Source: Nitrospinales bacterium (lineage in GTDB: Bacteria > Nitrospinota > Nitrospinia > Nitrospinales > VA-1). Taken from it: a stretch of 64,000 bases of DNA. A program made the position numbers and the translations under genes. Positions within the stretch are counted from its first letter, which is position 1; each line of letters begins with the position of its first letter. Below the pieces are notes generated by a model. That model was not told where the DNA came from and searched no databases. It was given only the letters and a program-made list of their open reading frames with translations. Shown one piece after another: positions 56,628-64,000 of this stretch. Location: positions 192,001 to 256,000 of the forward strand of contig CBDCXL010000002.1 of assembly GCA_965223795.1 (NCBI GenBank), read 5' to 3'.

Positions 56628-57073
56628 GTTGTTTTCTCCGGAAAGTTTTCAATTTTCAGGCGGAAGCGGTTGAGCTCCGCTGTGCGTTGCTTGAATTCAC
56701 GAAATCCGCGCTGCGAAGAAAGCACGGCCGGCAGACCATATAGAAAGCCGAACTCTTCCCCGATCACGGGGCAACCTTTCGTGTCGGGATCGATGGCGCG
56801 CTTTTCATCACCCACGCCAAGGTTCCCGCCATGAAATCGGATCAATGTCCGGTCGGGCACATCCATAACCTCGAATGTCGAGCCAAAGTGGACCGAATTG
56901 ACGCTTTCGCAGATGTAGACACCTTCGGGGATGCAGGAGATGTTGGGCTCGTTGTCTTTCCAGGGGGGCTCGACAGTGAGGGCGAACGGAAGCGGACCAT
57001 CCAGGAGGGCCCCGAAGGTGCCATGATGGTAAGAACTGACGCGCCGGATTGTGAATTCCCTGAGCACATTCAT
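56624..57073 (-). CDS. DUF5675-like putative endolysin
   Basis: GTFG.L, TVEPPW, SCIPEG.Y, RFHGGN...DTKGC. Confidence 0.7.
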   Translation of the reverse strand: MNVLREFTIRRVSSYHHGTFGALLDGPLPFALTVEPPWKDNEPNISCIPEGVYICESVNSVHFGSTFEVMDVPDRTLIRFHGGNLGVGDEKRAIDPDTKGCPVIGEEFGFLYGLPAVLSSQRGFREFKQRTAELNRFRLKIENFPEKTT

Positions 57074-57130
57074 GCTCGGGAGTTTAAGGCGAAACGAAAA
57101 AACCGAACAAGGGGGGGCAAAACGGGTGGG

Positions 57131-57364
57131 TTAGGACCGTGGGTTATTGCGTACCTTTTTCTTCTGATCGGAATGGCGCTTCAACGGCCCCTGCATGATC
57201 ATTTGATACTGGGGAAACTCAAACCTTATAGAAGATCGGGTCTTGGCAATCCTGGCGATCACAGGTCCGGCAGCTGGGCATTGCTCGACGATTTCCCGGC
57301 AAACAGAACCCTTGCGAAAATCTTCCGGGCGCACGTCTTTTTCCAGGTCTTCAATAGTGGTCAT
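57131..57364 (-). CDS. Small protein, weakly Mor-like N-terminal domain
   Basis: PEDF...REIVE...IARIAK...FEFP; located just before the lysis/late genes. Confidence 0.35.
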   Translation of the reverse strand: MTTIEDLEKDVRPEDFRKGSVCREIVEQCPAAGPVIARIAKTRSSIRFEFPQYQMIMQGPLKRHSDQKKKVRNNPRS

Positions 57365-57577
57365 TTAATAAAACTTGGTTGGCTGTGTTATGTGAAGGGT
57401 TTCGCCTGTTCTTGGGTCGTATGCTCCTGCTGATTTTTTCTCAACCACGTTCGTGCATGCTTTAAGATTCCACCCATGATCCTCGCAACACCAGTCATAA
57501 CCATATCCATAGGCATCGGGAATTGTCCTTAAATACCAAATGCATCCTTCTTTATAGGTGATTTCATCCATATTCAA
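57365..57577 (-). CDS. Hypothetical phage protein
   Basis: Coupled small ORF. Confidence 0.45.
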   Translation of the reverse strand: MNMDEITYKEGCIWYLRTIPDAYGYGYDWCCEDHGWNLKACTNVVEKKSAGAYDPRTGETLHITQPTKFY

Positions 57578-57963
57578 AGCTCCTGAATTTCGACCAAGAC
57601 AAACGGCGGATTGCGTTTGAACTTACGCACCTGCCGGCCGTCATCGATCTGCGAATCGTTTTCGAATACCTCCGCGCTCTGCAGCGAATCTTCGAGGATC
57701 TTCAACAAATTGCTCAGGTCGCGTGTCCGCCTGTCCGGGAAGTGCGCCTCGATCCAGAACCGCAACCGGGACTTTCCGAATCTCGGAATGGGCGGGTAAT
57801 AATTCTCGACTTTCCCGATCACGGTTTTTTTGTACTGGCGCCCTTCGTCGGTCAGGATGAGTTTTGCCTTCTGCCCCGGCTTCATGCCGCGCGTCGTGGT
57901 GATCGTGTAAAGCCGGTTCACGCTCACTGGCAGCGGAAGGTGGAACCGCGCGGATTTTTTCAT
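57574..57963 (-). CDS. rusA: RusA family Holliday junction resolvase
   Basis: LPVSVNRLY, RDLSNLLKILEDSL, NDSQID. Confidence 0.88.
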   Translation of the reverse strand: MKKSARFHLPLPVSVNRLYTITTTRGMKPGQKAKLILTDEGRQYKKTVIGKVENYYPPIPRFGKSRLRFWIEAHFPDRRTRDLSNLLKILEDSLQSAEVFENDSQIDDGRQVRKFKRNPPFVLVEIQEL

Positions 57964-58421
57964 CTATTTGTCCCCACAGCCGCTTTTGCTTTACATAATA
58001 TTTTTTTCTGCATTGGATGGGTATCAACCCGCGGCCTTGATGGCGTGTTCCAAGATCCACCACCGCACTCCCCGATCAATATCCACCCTGCCGCCTTCAA
58101 ACTCGTTCCGCCTTCCTGTGGTAATGTATAAGTGATTAATTTTCGGAATCCCATTTCCTTAGTGATTCGCCATGCAGCGCCGTATAGAGCAGAGCAGGCG
58201 TTTCTCGTTCCGTCCGTACAGAGCCGATTCACTTCTAAAGTCCAGCCGTTATCCAGCATTCTTGCAACTGGCCTGCCTACAATGGCAACTCCGCAAATTT
58301 TTTCTCCATCTGACACACCAATTGAAAACTTTGCACCTGGCATACGCTTATGATGCCGATGGTGGGTGGTCACAAACTGGTTAGCTTCTTTCAATGTCAT
58401 TGGAACGATTTGCAGTTTCAT
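57960..58421 (-). CDS. XF1762-family (Mom-like GNAT) protein
   Basis: EAN.FV..HHRHH, GVAIVGRPVAR, EVNRLCTDG..NACS.LYGA, E.G.SLKAAGW. Confidence 0.75.
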   Translation of the reverse strand: MKLQIVPMTLKEANQFVTTHHRHHKRMPGAKFSIGVSDGEKICGVAIVGRPVARMLDNGWTLEVNRLCTDGTRNACSALYGAAWRITKEMGFRKLITYTLPQEGGTSLKAAGWILIGECGGGSWNTPSRPRVDTHPMQKKILCKAKAAVGTNR

Positions 58422-58439
58422 TGACGCTTAGAACCCGAA

Positions 58440-59573
58440 TCAAGTTTTCACGAAAAAGACCGGCTTGATCTCCGGCCCGAAATTTTCCGCAACCTTCGCC
58501 TCGATAAGCTCTTTGAAATTTTCGGTCACGTTGAAAAAATGAATGGCGTCACCGCAGAAAATTTCCAGCGTATTGCCATCGATCCCGCCGAAGGCCAGCG
58601 GCTCGATCCAGTTTTCGAAATTCTCCGGGTTGACCACTTCCTCGATCTGGGCGATCAGGCGCAGCCAATCGGCAGGCGTGACCGGGACAACGGGAAATTT
58701 TTTCCCAGGCGGAGCCTGCGCCGCGGCAGATTTTGCCTGCTGGACGATTTTCCCGGCCTCGGTCAGATAATCGTCCACCTGGCCGCCGAACACAGCGATA
58801 TTGCGCGGCTTTTTCTTGCGCACCAAGTGCGGGTCCCGCGAGCGCAAAAACAGCACCCAGGCCACGCACAGGGTTTCCAGGTCGGCGATTTTCAGCAGGT
58901 CCTCGACGCGCTTCCGGTCCTTCGCCGCCTGCCCCTTGCCTGATTTTCTGGGGAGGGGGGAATTCAAAACCCGTTGGTGGGCGTCCGATGCGAATTCCAG
59001 GAACGATTCTGGATCGCCTTTACCCTCCCCCCCCTGAAAACTGAAAACCGAAAACTGAAAACCGAAAACTGAAAACTGAAAGGTTGAATTTTGTTGAGCT
59101 TTTGTTGGAACATCCCTTGAACATGATTTCAACGCACGTTCGACTTCTTGGGCCTTTTGTTTGCTTTGAGTTTCGGTGTTTTTCTCTTTTCCAAGCAGTT
59201 TTTCCACCCGTTTTTTTGCAGAAATTTTCCCCGCTTTTGAATTTTTCTTTCGCATTTCCTGTTGCTTGATGCGTTCTTCGAGCAAACGCTTGTGGGTCAA
59301 AAATCCGTCCTTTTCCGGATGCTGTATGAAGCATGTTCGGATCTTGTCGCCCGATCCATCGAACCACTTTTCCCCCAATTTGGAGAACTCAGCCAGGGCC
59401 TGGTCGTCATCCTCGATAGCGCAGTCCTTGTCATCCCAGGTGAAGCACAAAAGCCGCATGTAGGCCCCCTGCTCTTCCAGGGTCATTCTGGACATTTTCT
59501 TTGATGACAACCAATCGCTCGGGAAAAACTGAAAGAACGGGGAATAGGACTCGATCTGCGATGCCATAAGCAC
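58440..59573 (-). CDS. Replication initiator: YdaU/DUF1376-like wHTH, internal repeats, C-terminal DnaA domain I-like
   Basis: PFFQFFPSDWL...EEQGAYMRLLC..W; C-terminal VNPENFENWIEPL...LEIFC. Confidence 0.78.
   Translation of the reverse strand: MLMASQIESYSPFFQFFPSDWLSSKKMSRMTLEEQGAYMRLLCFTWDDKDCAIEDDDQALAEFSKLGEKWFDGSGDKIRTCFIQHPEKDGFLTHKRLLEERIKQQEMRKKNSKAGKISAKKRVEKLLGKEKNTETQSKQKAQEVERALKSCSRDVPTKAQQNSTFQFSVFGFQFSVFSFQGGEGKGDPESFLEFASDAHQRVLNSPLPRKSGKGQAAKDRKRVEDLLKIADLETLCVAWVLFLRSRDPHLVRKKKPRNIAVFGGQVDDYLTEAGKIVQQAKSAAAQAPPGKKFPVVPVTPADWLRLIAQIEEVVNPENFENWIEPLAFGGIDGNTLEIFCGDAIHFFNVTENFKELIEAKVAENFGPEIKPVFFVKT
59034..59145. repeat. Putative phage origin: 7x heptamer C[TC]GAAA[AG] plus adjacent iteron-like TTGA/TCAA repeats
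   Basis: CTGAAAA CTGAAAA CCGAAAA CTGAAAA CCGAAAA CTGAAAA CTGAAAG (59034-59082), then GTTGAA, GTTGAG, GTTGGA, CTTGAA at ~10-11 bp spacing. Confidence 0.65.
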
Positions 59574-59577
59574 AATC

Positions 59578-60180
59578 TCACTCCGTCTTTAAAAGTTCTT
59601 CAATGCTGTTGTATTCGGGAAGCTGCTCGACAATCCACTGTGCACCCAAGTGCTGTTCTTCTTCGGTGAAAGATTTCGATTTTGTGAATCCATTACGCCT
59701 GATTTGAAACATGATCGGTTTTTTCCCGCCAACAAAGGTTGAATGCTTGTATTTCGTTTTCGGCCTGAGATTGGCACCGCGTCTCCGGCGCTGTTTCCGG
59801 TTGATTGGGTTTTCTTCCTTCGGGGGATCTTTCTGGGGAGGGGGTGTGTACGGGGGTGCTTCGACTTCGTCCCGCGTTTCCTGCGTGAATTTTTCTTCGG
59901 CCGGATCTTCCGCTAATTCTTCATCGGTGACCGGCTCCGGGTCGGGATCTTCCTGCGGGGAGTCTTCCTTTTTCGCTCCATTCGATTTTCCGGTCTTGAG
60001 TTTGACAACCCGTTCGGATTCGTCAAAAGTATTTCCCCCTGTCAGTTCCGTGCCAGAAAGGAAAAACTCCAAAGTCGCGTTGACCTCGGCCAGCTCGAAC
60101 TCGAGGACGCGCCGCCGCAGTTTCAGAAATTCCACAATCTGGCTTTGATTCACCCGGTCGTGGGTGCATTTCAATTCCAT
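59578..60180 (-). CDS. Hypothetical protein (acidic/Pro linker, basic C-terminal domain)
   Basis: Long ORF with RBS directly upstream of the initiator gene. Confidence 0.6.
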   Translation of the reverse strand: MELKCTHDRVNQSQIVEFLKLRRRVLEFELAEVNATLEFFLSGTELTGGNTFDESERVVKLKTGKSNGAKKEDSPQEDPDPEPVTDEELAEDPAEEKFTQETRDEVEAPPYTPPPQKDPPKEENPINRKQRRRRGANLRPKTKYKHSTFVGGKKPIMFQIRRNGFTKSKSFTEEEQHLGAQWIVEQLPEYNSIEELLKTE

Positions 60181-60329
60181 TGATGCCGCCTTTCTCTTTT
60201 CACACTATCGATCAGCATGATCACGCGATATAAATTTCTTGCCGTATTCAATAGCGTTTTGATTGGCAAAAATTCGGCGTCGCGCAAAACCTCAGCCAGC
60301 AGTTTTTGAATTTCACCGTCAGAGATCAT
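60171..60329 (-). CDS. 52-aa hypothetical protein (below the ORF-track cutoff)
   Basis: MISDGEIQKLLAEVLRDAEFL...RHQWN; fills the gap and overlaps the next start. Confidence 0.4.
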   Translation of the reverse strand: MISDGEIQKLLAEVLRDAEFLPIKTLLNTARNLYRVIMLIDSVKRERRHQWN

Positions 60330-60361
60330 TTCTACACACTTGTGTGTATAAATACACCAAA

Positions 60362-60574
60362 CTACACACTTTTAAATTCGCCGTTGGTCAGATACCCGTG
60401 CCATCCGCAATCACACACGATGCTGGGGCTCAATGTCGGCTTATCACGATCGCCGTTCCATTCCCATGATGCCCCCTCACTTTTCGGGTCAATGGAAATC
60501 ACAGAATAACCTTTGCATCCAGGGCACTGAATCCGGGCCGTGTCACTCCGGAAATGAAATTTTTCCTGATTCAT
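60362..60574 (-). CDS. DUF6527-like small Cys/His protein
   Basis: CPGC, WEWNGD.DKPTLSPSI, CGWHGYL.NG. Confidence 0.7.
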   Translation of the reverse strand: MNQEKFHFRSDTARIQCPGCKGYSVISIDPKSEGASWEWNGDRDKPTLSPSIVCDCGWHGYLTNGEFKSV

Positions 60575-60731
60575 CTTTCAAAACCTCGGCTTCCTTCTGC
60601 TGGTGGCAGGGGCAATCACAATACGAATTCACCCAGTAATTCGGCATGATGTAGGGGCGACTGACAACCCCGTTGATGCACTCACAACATAGCTTTTCAT
60701 AGTGCGGTTCGGTTTGTTCCGGCATGGTCAT
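60543..60731 (-). CDS. Small Cys-rich hypothetical protein
   Basis: CCEC...CDCPCH; ATGA-coupled. Confidence 0.5.
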   Translation of the reverse strand: MTMPEQTEPHYEKLCCECINGVVSRPYIMPNYWVNSYCDCPCHQQKEAEVLKDESGKISFPE

Positions 60732-60922
60732 TCGTCGATGTAAACTTGATCCTCGGCATCGGACAATTCGATCACACCAAAGATGCCCATAGGTGAACTG
60801 CTGTCCCCCTGCCAGTGCAGGCCAACCGGTTTTTCAACGCCCATCTCACTTTCAAGAAACTTCGCTTCAAATTCAGTTTCCGGGATCAAATGCAGATCCC
60901 CCTGGTGGTATTCGACTTTCAT
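60728..60922 (-). CDS. Small acidic hypothetical protein
   Basis: RBS GGAG and ATG. Confidence 0.55.
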   Translation of the reverse strand: MKVEYHQGDLHLIPETEFEAKFLESEMGVEKPVGLHWQGDSSSPMGIFGVIELSDAEDQVYIDE

Positions 60923-61017
60923 GGTTTCTCCAAAAAGTTATGTGCTCCTGGCCGGTGCGATCAGTTCCGGTGTGGTTCCCGCCACATCCCCTGGGGAAAG
61001 GGCCGCAGGAGCGATTT

Positions 61018-61356
61018 TCAGCTGTTCTGGGTTTCCATCGGCAGGGTCAGTTGATCGCGGCGCTTCCTCAAACTTTCCAAGCGATCCTGCCCATTTTTGA
61101 TTTCGTGCTCAAGGTTGGCGATCTGCCTTTGGTTCTCCCGCATTTCATAAAGATTTTCCAGGCTCTCGATCATGTGGTTTTTGTGATCCTCAACCAGCCG
61201 TTCCGCTTTGGCCTGGAGTTCCTTTGTGGCCTTTTCCGGGTCCTCCCCTTCATCGAGAGTCGCCCGCAAAGAAATTGCAGGCCGAAGGTTGGAATAGCTC
61301 TCGAATGGATGGTTGACCGTTCGGCCGGCGTGGACCGTGATTTCCTCGATTTTCAT
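61018..61356 (-). CDS. Hypothetical phage protein
   Basis: MKIEEITVHAGRT.NHPFESYSN; RBS AAGGAAG. Confidence 0.6.
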   Translation of the reverse strand: MKIEEITVHAGRTVNHPFESYSNLRPAISLRATLDEGEDPEKATKELQAKAERLVEDHKNHMIESLENLYEMRENQRQIANLEHEIKNGQDRLESLRKRRDQLTLPMETQNS

Positions 61357-61370
61357 TTGGCTTCCTTTCT

Positions 61371-61610
61371 CTAAGTTGTGATCCCCAAAACGCAATAATC
61401 CGGATCAATGCCGAATTGCGATCCTTTCATTTTGAAAGTCACCCATACGCGCAACTGCTCTCCGGTGTAGCCACTGTTGGGCGAATACTCTTTAAGGATC
61501 AACACATCGCCCACCTTGAAATTCCGGTCATTTTTCCGAACCTCAAAGCGCTTGAGCCCAATCCTCACCGGGTGAAAATATTCCGGCCAAGTTTTCAATT
61601 CGTGAATCAT
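61371..61610 (-). CDS. DUF3850/ASCH domain protein
   Basis: HELKTWPEYF...G.KRFEVRKNDRNFKVGDVL.LKEY. Confidence 0.85.
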   Translation of the reverse strand: MIHELKTWPEYFHPVRIGLKRFEVRKNDRNFKVGDVLILKEYSPNSGYTGEQLRVWVTFKMKGSQFGIDPDYCVLGITT

Positions 61611-61705
61611 AATGTTCCCTCCTATCCCCCGGAGACTGCCCCGGAGCTTACGGGTCAGCCAGGGGAAGGGTTTCCGGAAAACCCTTTTCAGGGGTCCGCG
61701 GTTGG

Positions 61706-62161
61706 TTAAACTTTGTTTAAAATAGCCTTCTCTCCAAAATGCTGGACAGCCGCGCGGTTGTATGCCGAAGCGGCTTCCTTTTCGCTTTTATAGGTTCCCA
61801 GGCAAATCCTTTTGCCATTCACCCTGATTCGGGATCTCCAACCCTTCCCCATTCGGTCAACCCCGGTGAATTGGGATTTGCTCCCTTCTCTCGATTTGCG
61901 CAGCCCCGGCCTTGGCGCCATGTTTCCCAGGATGGTTTTTGACTTGTGGCACAGGCGGCAAAGCAGCTGACACTTTTTCAATTCAGGTTCGATTTTCGTC
62001 CAGGAATGTGTGAGAAATTCGCCGACGTGTAAGGATTTTTGTGACGGGTCTATGTGATCGAATTCCAGCTTTTCGGTGGATTGACACTGAACACAACGGC
62101 CACCAAGGAATTCGATGATTTTTTGCCTTCTGGTTCGATAGAATTTTTGCCCCTTGTTCAT
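61706..62161 (-). CDS. HNH endonuclease with AP2 DNA-binding domain
   Basis: CVQC...FDHIDP...CQLLCRLCH; SQFTGV...WRSRI..NGKRICLG.Y..EKEAA.AYN.AA. Confidence 0.85.
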   Translation of the reverse strand: MNKGQKFYRTRRQKIIEFLGGRCVQCQSTEKLEFDHIDPSQKSLHVGEFLTHSWTKIEPELKKCQLLCRLCHKSKTILGNMAPRPGLRKSREGSKSQFTGVDRMGKGWRSRIRVNGKRICLGTYKSEKEAASAYNRAAVQHFGEKAILNKV

Positions 62162-62224
62162 AAGATTCACCCCAAAAAAATGGACCACAGCAACCCAAAC
62201 CAAGCAGATTCAGGGCGTGGTCCA

Positions 62225-62242
62225 TGAAGCCAAAATGAAGCC
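62225..62242 (+). promoter_or_regulatory. Putative integrase arm-type sites (TGAAGCC x2, 11-bp period)
   Basis: Matches the pair at 22701-22718. Confidence 0.65.
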
Positions 62243-62386
62243 GCATCCTGCGAAAACGGCCGAAATTCCTGTATTTTTTGGAATGAGTGTGTATAAAGAA
62301 GAACTGCGGAGATAGCGGCCTAAGTGACCGAATTGAAAAACCTTGTTTGTGCTCAACCCCAAACGCCGAAAATTATCTTTTTTATC

Positions 62387-62437
62387 CTGGGGGTCAAGTG
62401 GTCGGAGGTTCAAATCCTCTCGTCCCGACCATATAAA
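62387..62437 (+). repeat. attR core (duplicated 3' part of tRNA-Pro)
   Basis: 51 bp identical to 22609-22659. Confidence 0.95.
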
Positions 62438-62479
62438 ACAAGGGGTTGTGGAAATCCTCCGCAGCCCCTTGTTGCTTTT
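62437..62479 (+). terminator. Displaced native tRNA-Pro terminator
   Basis: AACAAGGGGTTGTGGA-aatcc-TCCGCAGCCCCTTGTT-gctttt. Confidence 0.75.
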
Positions 62480-62653
62480 GGGACCCGATTTTGCTGCCTT
62501 ACAATGAAACTCCATTCACAAATGCCGCTCTTCCGTGGCCTAATCCAAAGGGTGAATGGTAGACTGGGAGCACCCATTTTGGTTGTGAATGGACTGGCCA
62601 AAAGGAATCCAAGTTCAGGAGCTGAAAATAAAACTCAAACAGAGGGCCTTCCA

Positions 62654-62986
62654 ATGCGAAACTCTTTCGTTGCATTCGCCGTCCTGTTTCTATTCACGGC
62701 GTTATTCATTTCTGACGCCAGCGCTTTTGGTCCGAGAGATCAGGGAAGTCAGGATTCCGAGAGCATCCGCGATCCTTTTCCCCATAAGAGCAAGCTCAAA
62801 ATCGATAACAAGAGAATCAAAAGCAGAACAGGTGTGACCACAACAACGGGCGGGGCCAAAGCCACCCGCAAACTCCCAGCGTCCTCATCCGCAAAGTCAA
62901 CAAACCAAGGTTCCCCAAAGTCTTCCGGCTCTAATGGCGGCGTCAGTGGAAACGTTTCGGGTGGCCCCAAACTCAAAATCCCGTAA
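62654..62986 (+). CDS. Small exported low-complexity (K/S/G/T-rich) protein
   Basis: Signal peptide ending ASA; RBS GAGGG. Confidence 0.65.
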   Translation: MRNSFVAFAVLFLFTALFISDASAFGPRDQGSQDSESIRDPFPHKSKLKIDNKRIKSRTGVTTTTGGAKATRKLPASSSAKSTNQGSPKSSGSNGGVSGNVSGGPKLKIP

Positions 62987-63415
62987 CGTGGAAGTTCTGA
63001 TCTTCCTGAAGCCTACTCCGCGTCTTTAGGGAGAAATTTCCAATCCGCTCGTCCGGCTTCCTAAATAACGGCTTGCGGCAAATGTTTTCCCTGTAATGGG
63101 GCGTTCCCCATTTGAATGTTTTGTGCTGTTTGGGCATAAAATTGACAACCCGATCCACGGGTTGAATTCGATTCTTTTCGCGTTCACCCTCCCCCTGAAT
63201 TTTTCTCCCCGTCTGGCCCTTAATAATTTCCTTATTTAACAGGTATTGAGAACCGCCTCTCCTGATGCCGCGCGGAACGGCTTTGGGATTCATTCCCCTT
63301 TGTTCGCCCTTCCGATGTCATGGCCCGTTTGAGCCATTATTTTTTATTTTCCCCTGAGAACGATTGCTTTTTTCAGCCACGGGCTTACCTTATTGAGACT
63401 TCGACAGCTAAATGG

Positions 63416-64000
63416 ATGCATCAATCGCTGAAGGTCCTTCGCATGCGTACCCCTACCCGCACAGGTCTGGGCTGTCTCACCGTATGGATCGGCACGCTGG
63501 CGCTGCCGGTGTCCCCCGCTTACGGAAGAACCGCCGATGTGCTGGAGATGGACCTGGTGCAGTTGATGGACCAGGAGGTGGTCACGCCGTCGAGGACCGC
63601 GCAAAAAATTTCCGAAGCGCCCGGCACCGTGATCGTGGTGACGCGGCAGCAGATCCGCGAGCGGGGTTACGTGAACCTCGTGGATGTCCTTGAGGACCTT
63701 CCCAGCATCGACGTTCAACGCCAGTCGGCTCCCAATCCCTACAACCGTATCGGTTTCCGCGGCATCGTCGACAACAATCAATTCATCATTCTGCAAAACG
63801 GATTTCGCATCAGCGCCCCCACCGGTGAGAACGTTCCGATCGACCACAATTTTCCGGTCTTTCACGCCAGCCGGGTCGAGGTGATTTACGGCCCGGTCTC
63901 CGCTCTGTATGGCGCCGACGCGTTCACGGGTGTCATCAACATCATCACGGACAAGGCGGAATCGATCGATGGCGCCGAAATCTCTTCGGCCATCGGCACC
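63416..64000 (+). CDS. TonB-dependent receptor (plug domain), 3'-truncated by the window edge
   Basis: Hand translation: VVTPSRTAQKISEAPGTVIVVT.QQIRERG...EVIYGPVSALYGADAFTGVINIIT. Confidence 0.9.
   Translation, partial: MHQSLKVLRMRTPTRTGLGCLTVWIGTLALPVSPAYGRTADVLEMDLVQLMDQEVVTPSRTAQKISEAPGTVIVVTRQQIRERGYVNLVDVLEDLPSIDVQRQSAPNPYNRIGFRGIVDNNQFIILQNGFRISAPTGENVPIDHNFPVFHASRVEVIYGPVSALYGADAFTGVINIITDKAESIDGAEISSAIGT

Larger units (their letters stand above)
22609..62437. mobile_element. Apparently complete ~39.8 kb siphoviral prophage
   Basis: 51-bp att direct repeats, integrase/xis, repressor, replication, lysis, packaging, head and tail modules; no obvious frameshift decay. Confidence 0.95.

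Noticed and set aside
59034..59082. CRISPR array or phase-variation tract
   Set aside because: No spacers or cas genes. The imperfect heptamers lie inside an intact initiator ORF where such phages carry their origin; slippage cannot be excluded but is unsupported.
62387..62431. Second tRNA-Pro gene
   Set aside because: Only the 3' part from the anticodon loop onward is present; this is the attR duplication.
62210..62515. 101-aa minus-strand ORF across attR, and the N-terminal half of ORF 62324-62986
   Set aside because: WSGREDLNLRPLDPQ is simply the antisense translation of the tRNA fragment. The real + gene starts at 62654.

Overview
Bacterial chromosomal window, moderately GC-rich; the gene content tentatively suggests a Nitrospina-like host (inference only). 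Bases 1-22.6 kb are host genes: tonB, a D-x-D-x-D-G repeat protein, cytochrome c, cobT, dapL, folK, thiI, a cysteine desulfurase, ubiX, tmk, a heme-c/PAS chemoreceptor, a DnaJ-like protein, a metal-uptake locus led by a CxxC/RSPP leader ORF, twin mini-lipoproteins, a B12-radical SAM enzyme and a cupin. An apparently complete ~39.8 kb siphoviral prophage (22609-62437) is integrated in tRNA-Pro(GGG), bounded by a 51-bp att duplication. It has a lambda-type terminase and portal, a fused protease-capsid gene and a short non-contractile tail. Host genes resume after attR (a secreted protein and a TonB-dependent receptor). Most notable: (i) a holin-position protein with a signal peptide and a CxxCH-x11-H c-type heme motif; (ii) a ParB + TAGT-like glycosyltransferase pair between the putative cos site and terS, with no TET or methyltransferase partner, whose leader is overlapped by a promoter-driven antisense cloverleaf RNA; (iii) a one-strand genome plan in which integration cuts the replication and late genes off from the clearest lytic promoter; (iv) three tandem paralogous tail-fibre-like genes; (v) a near-consensus parS site inside the phage. 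All product calls come from motif recognition by eye; no database searches were run.
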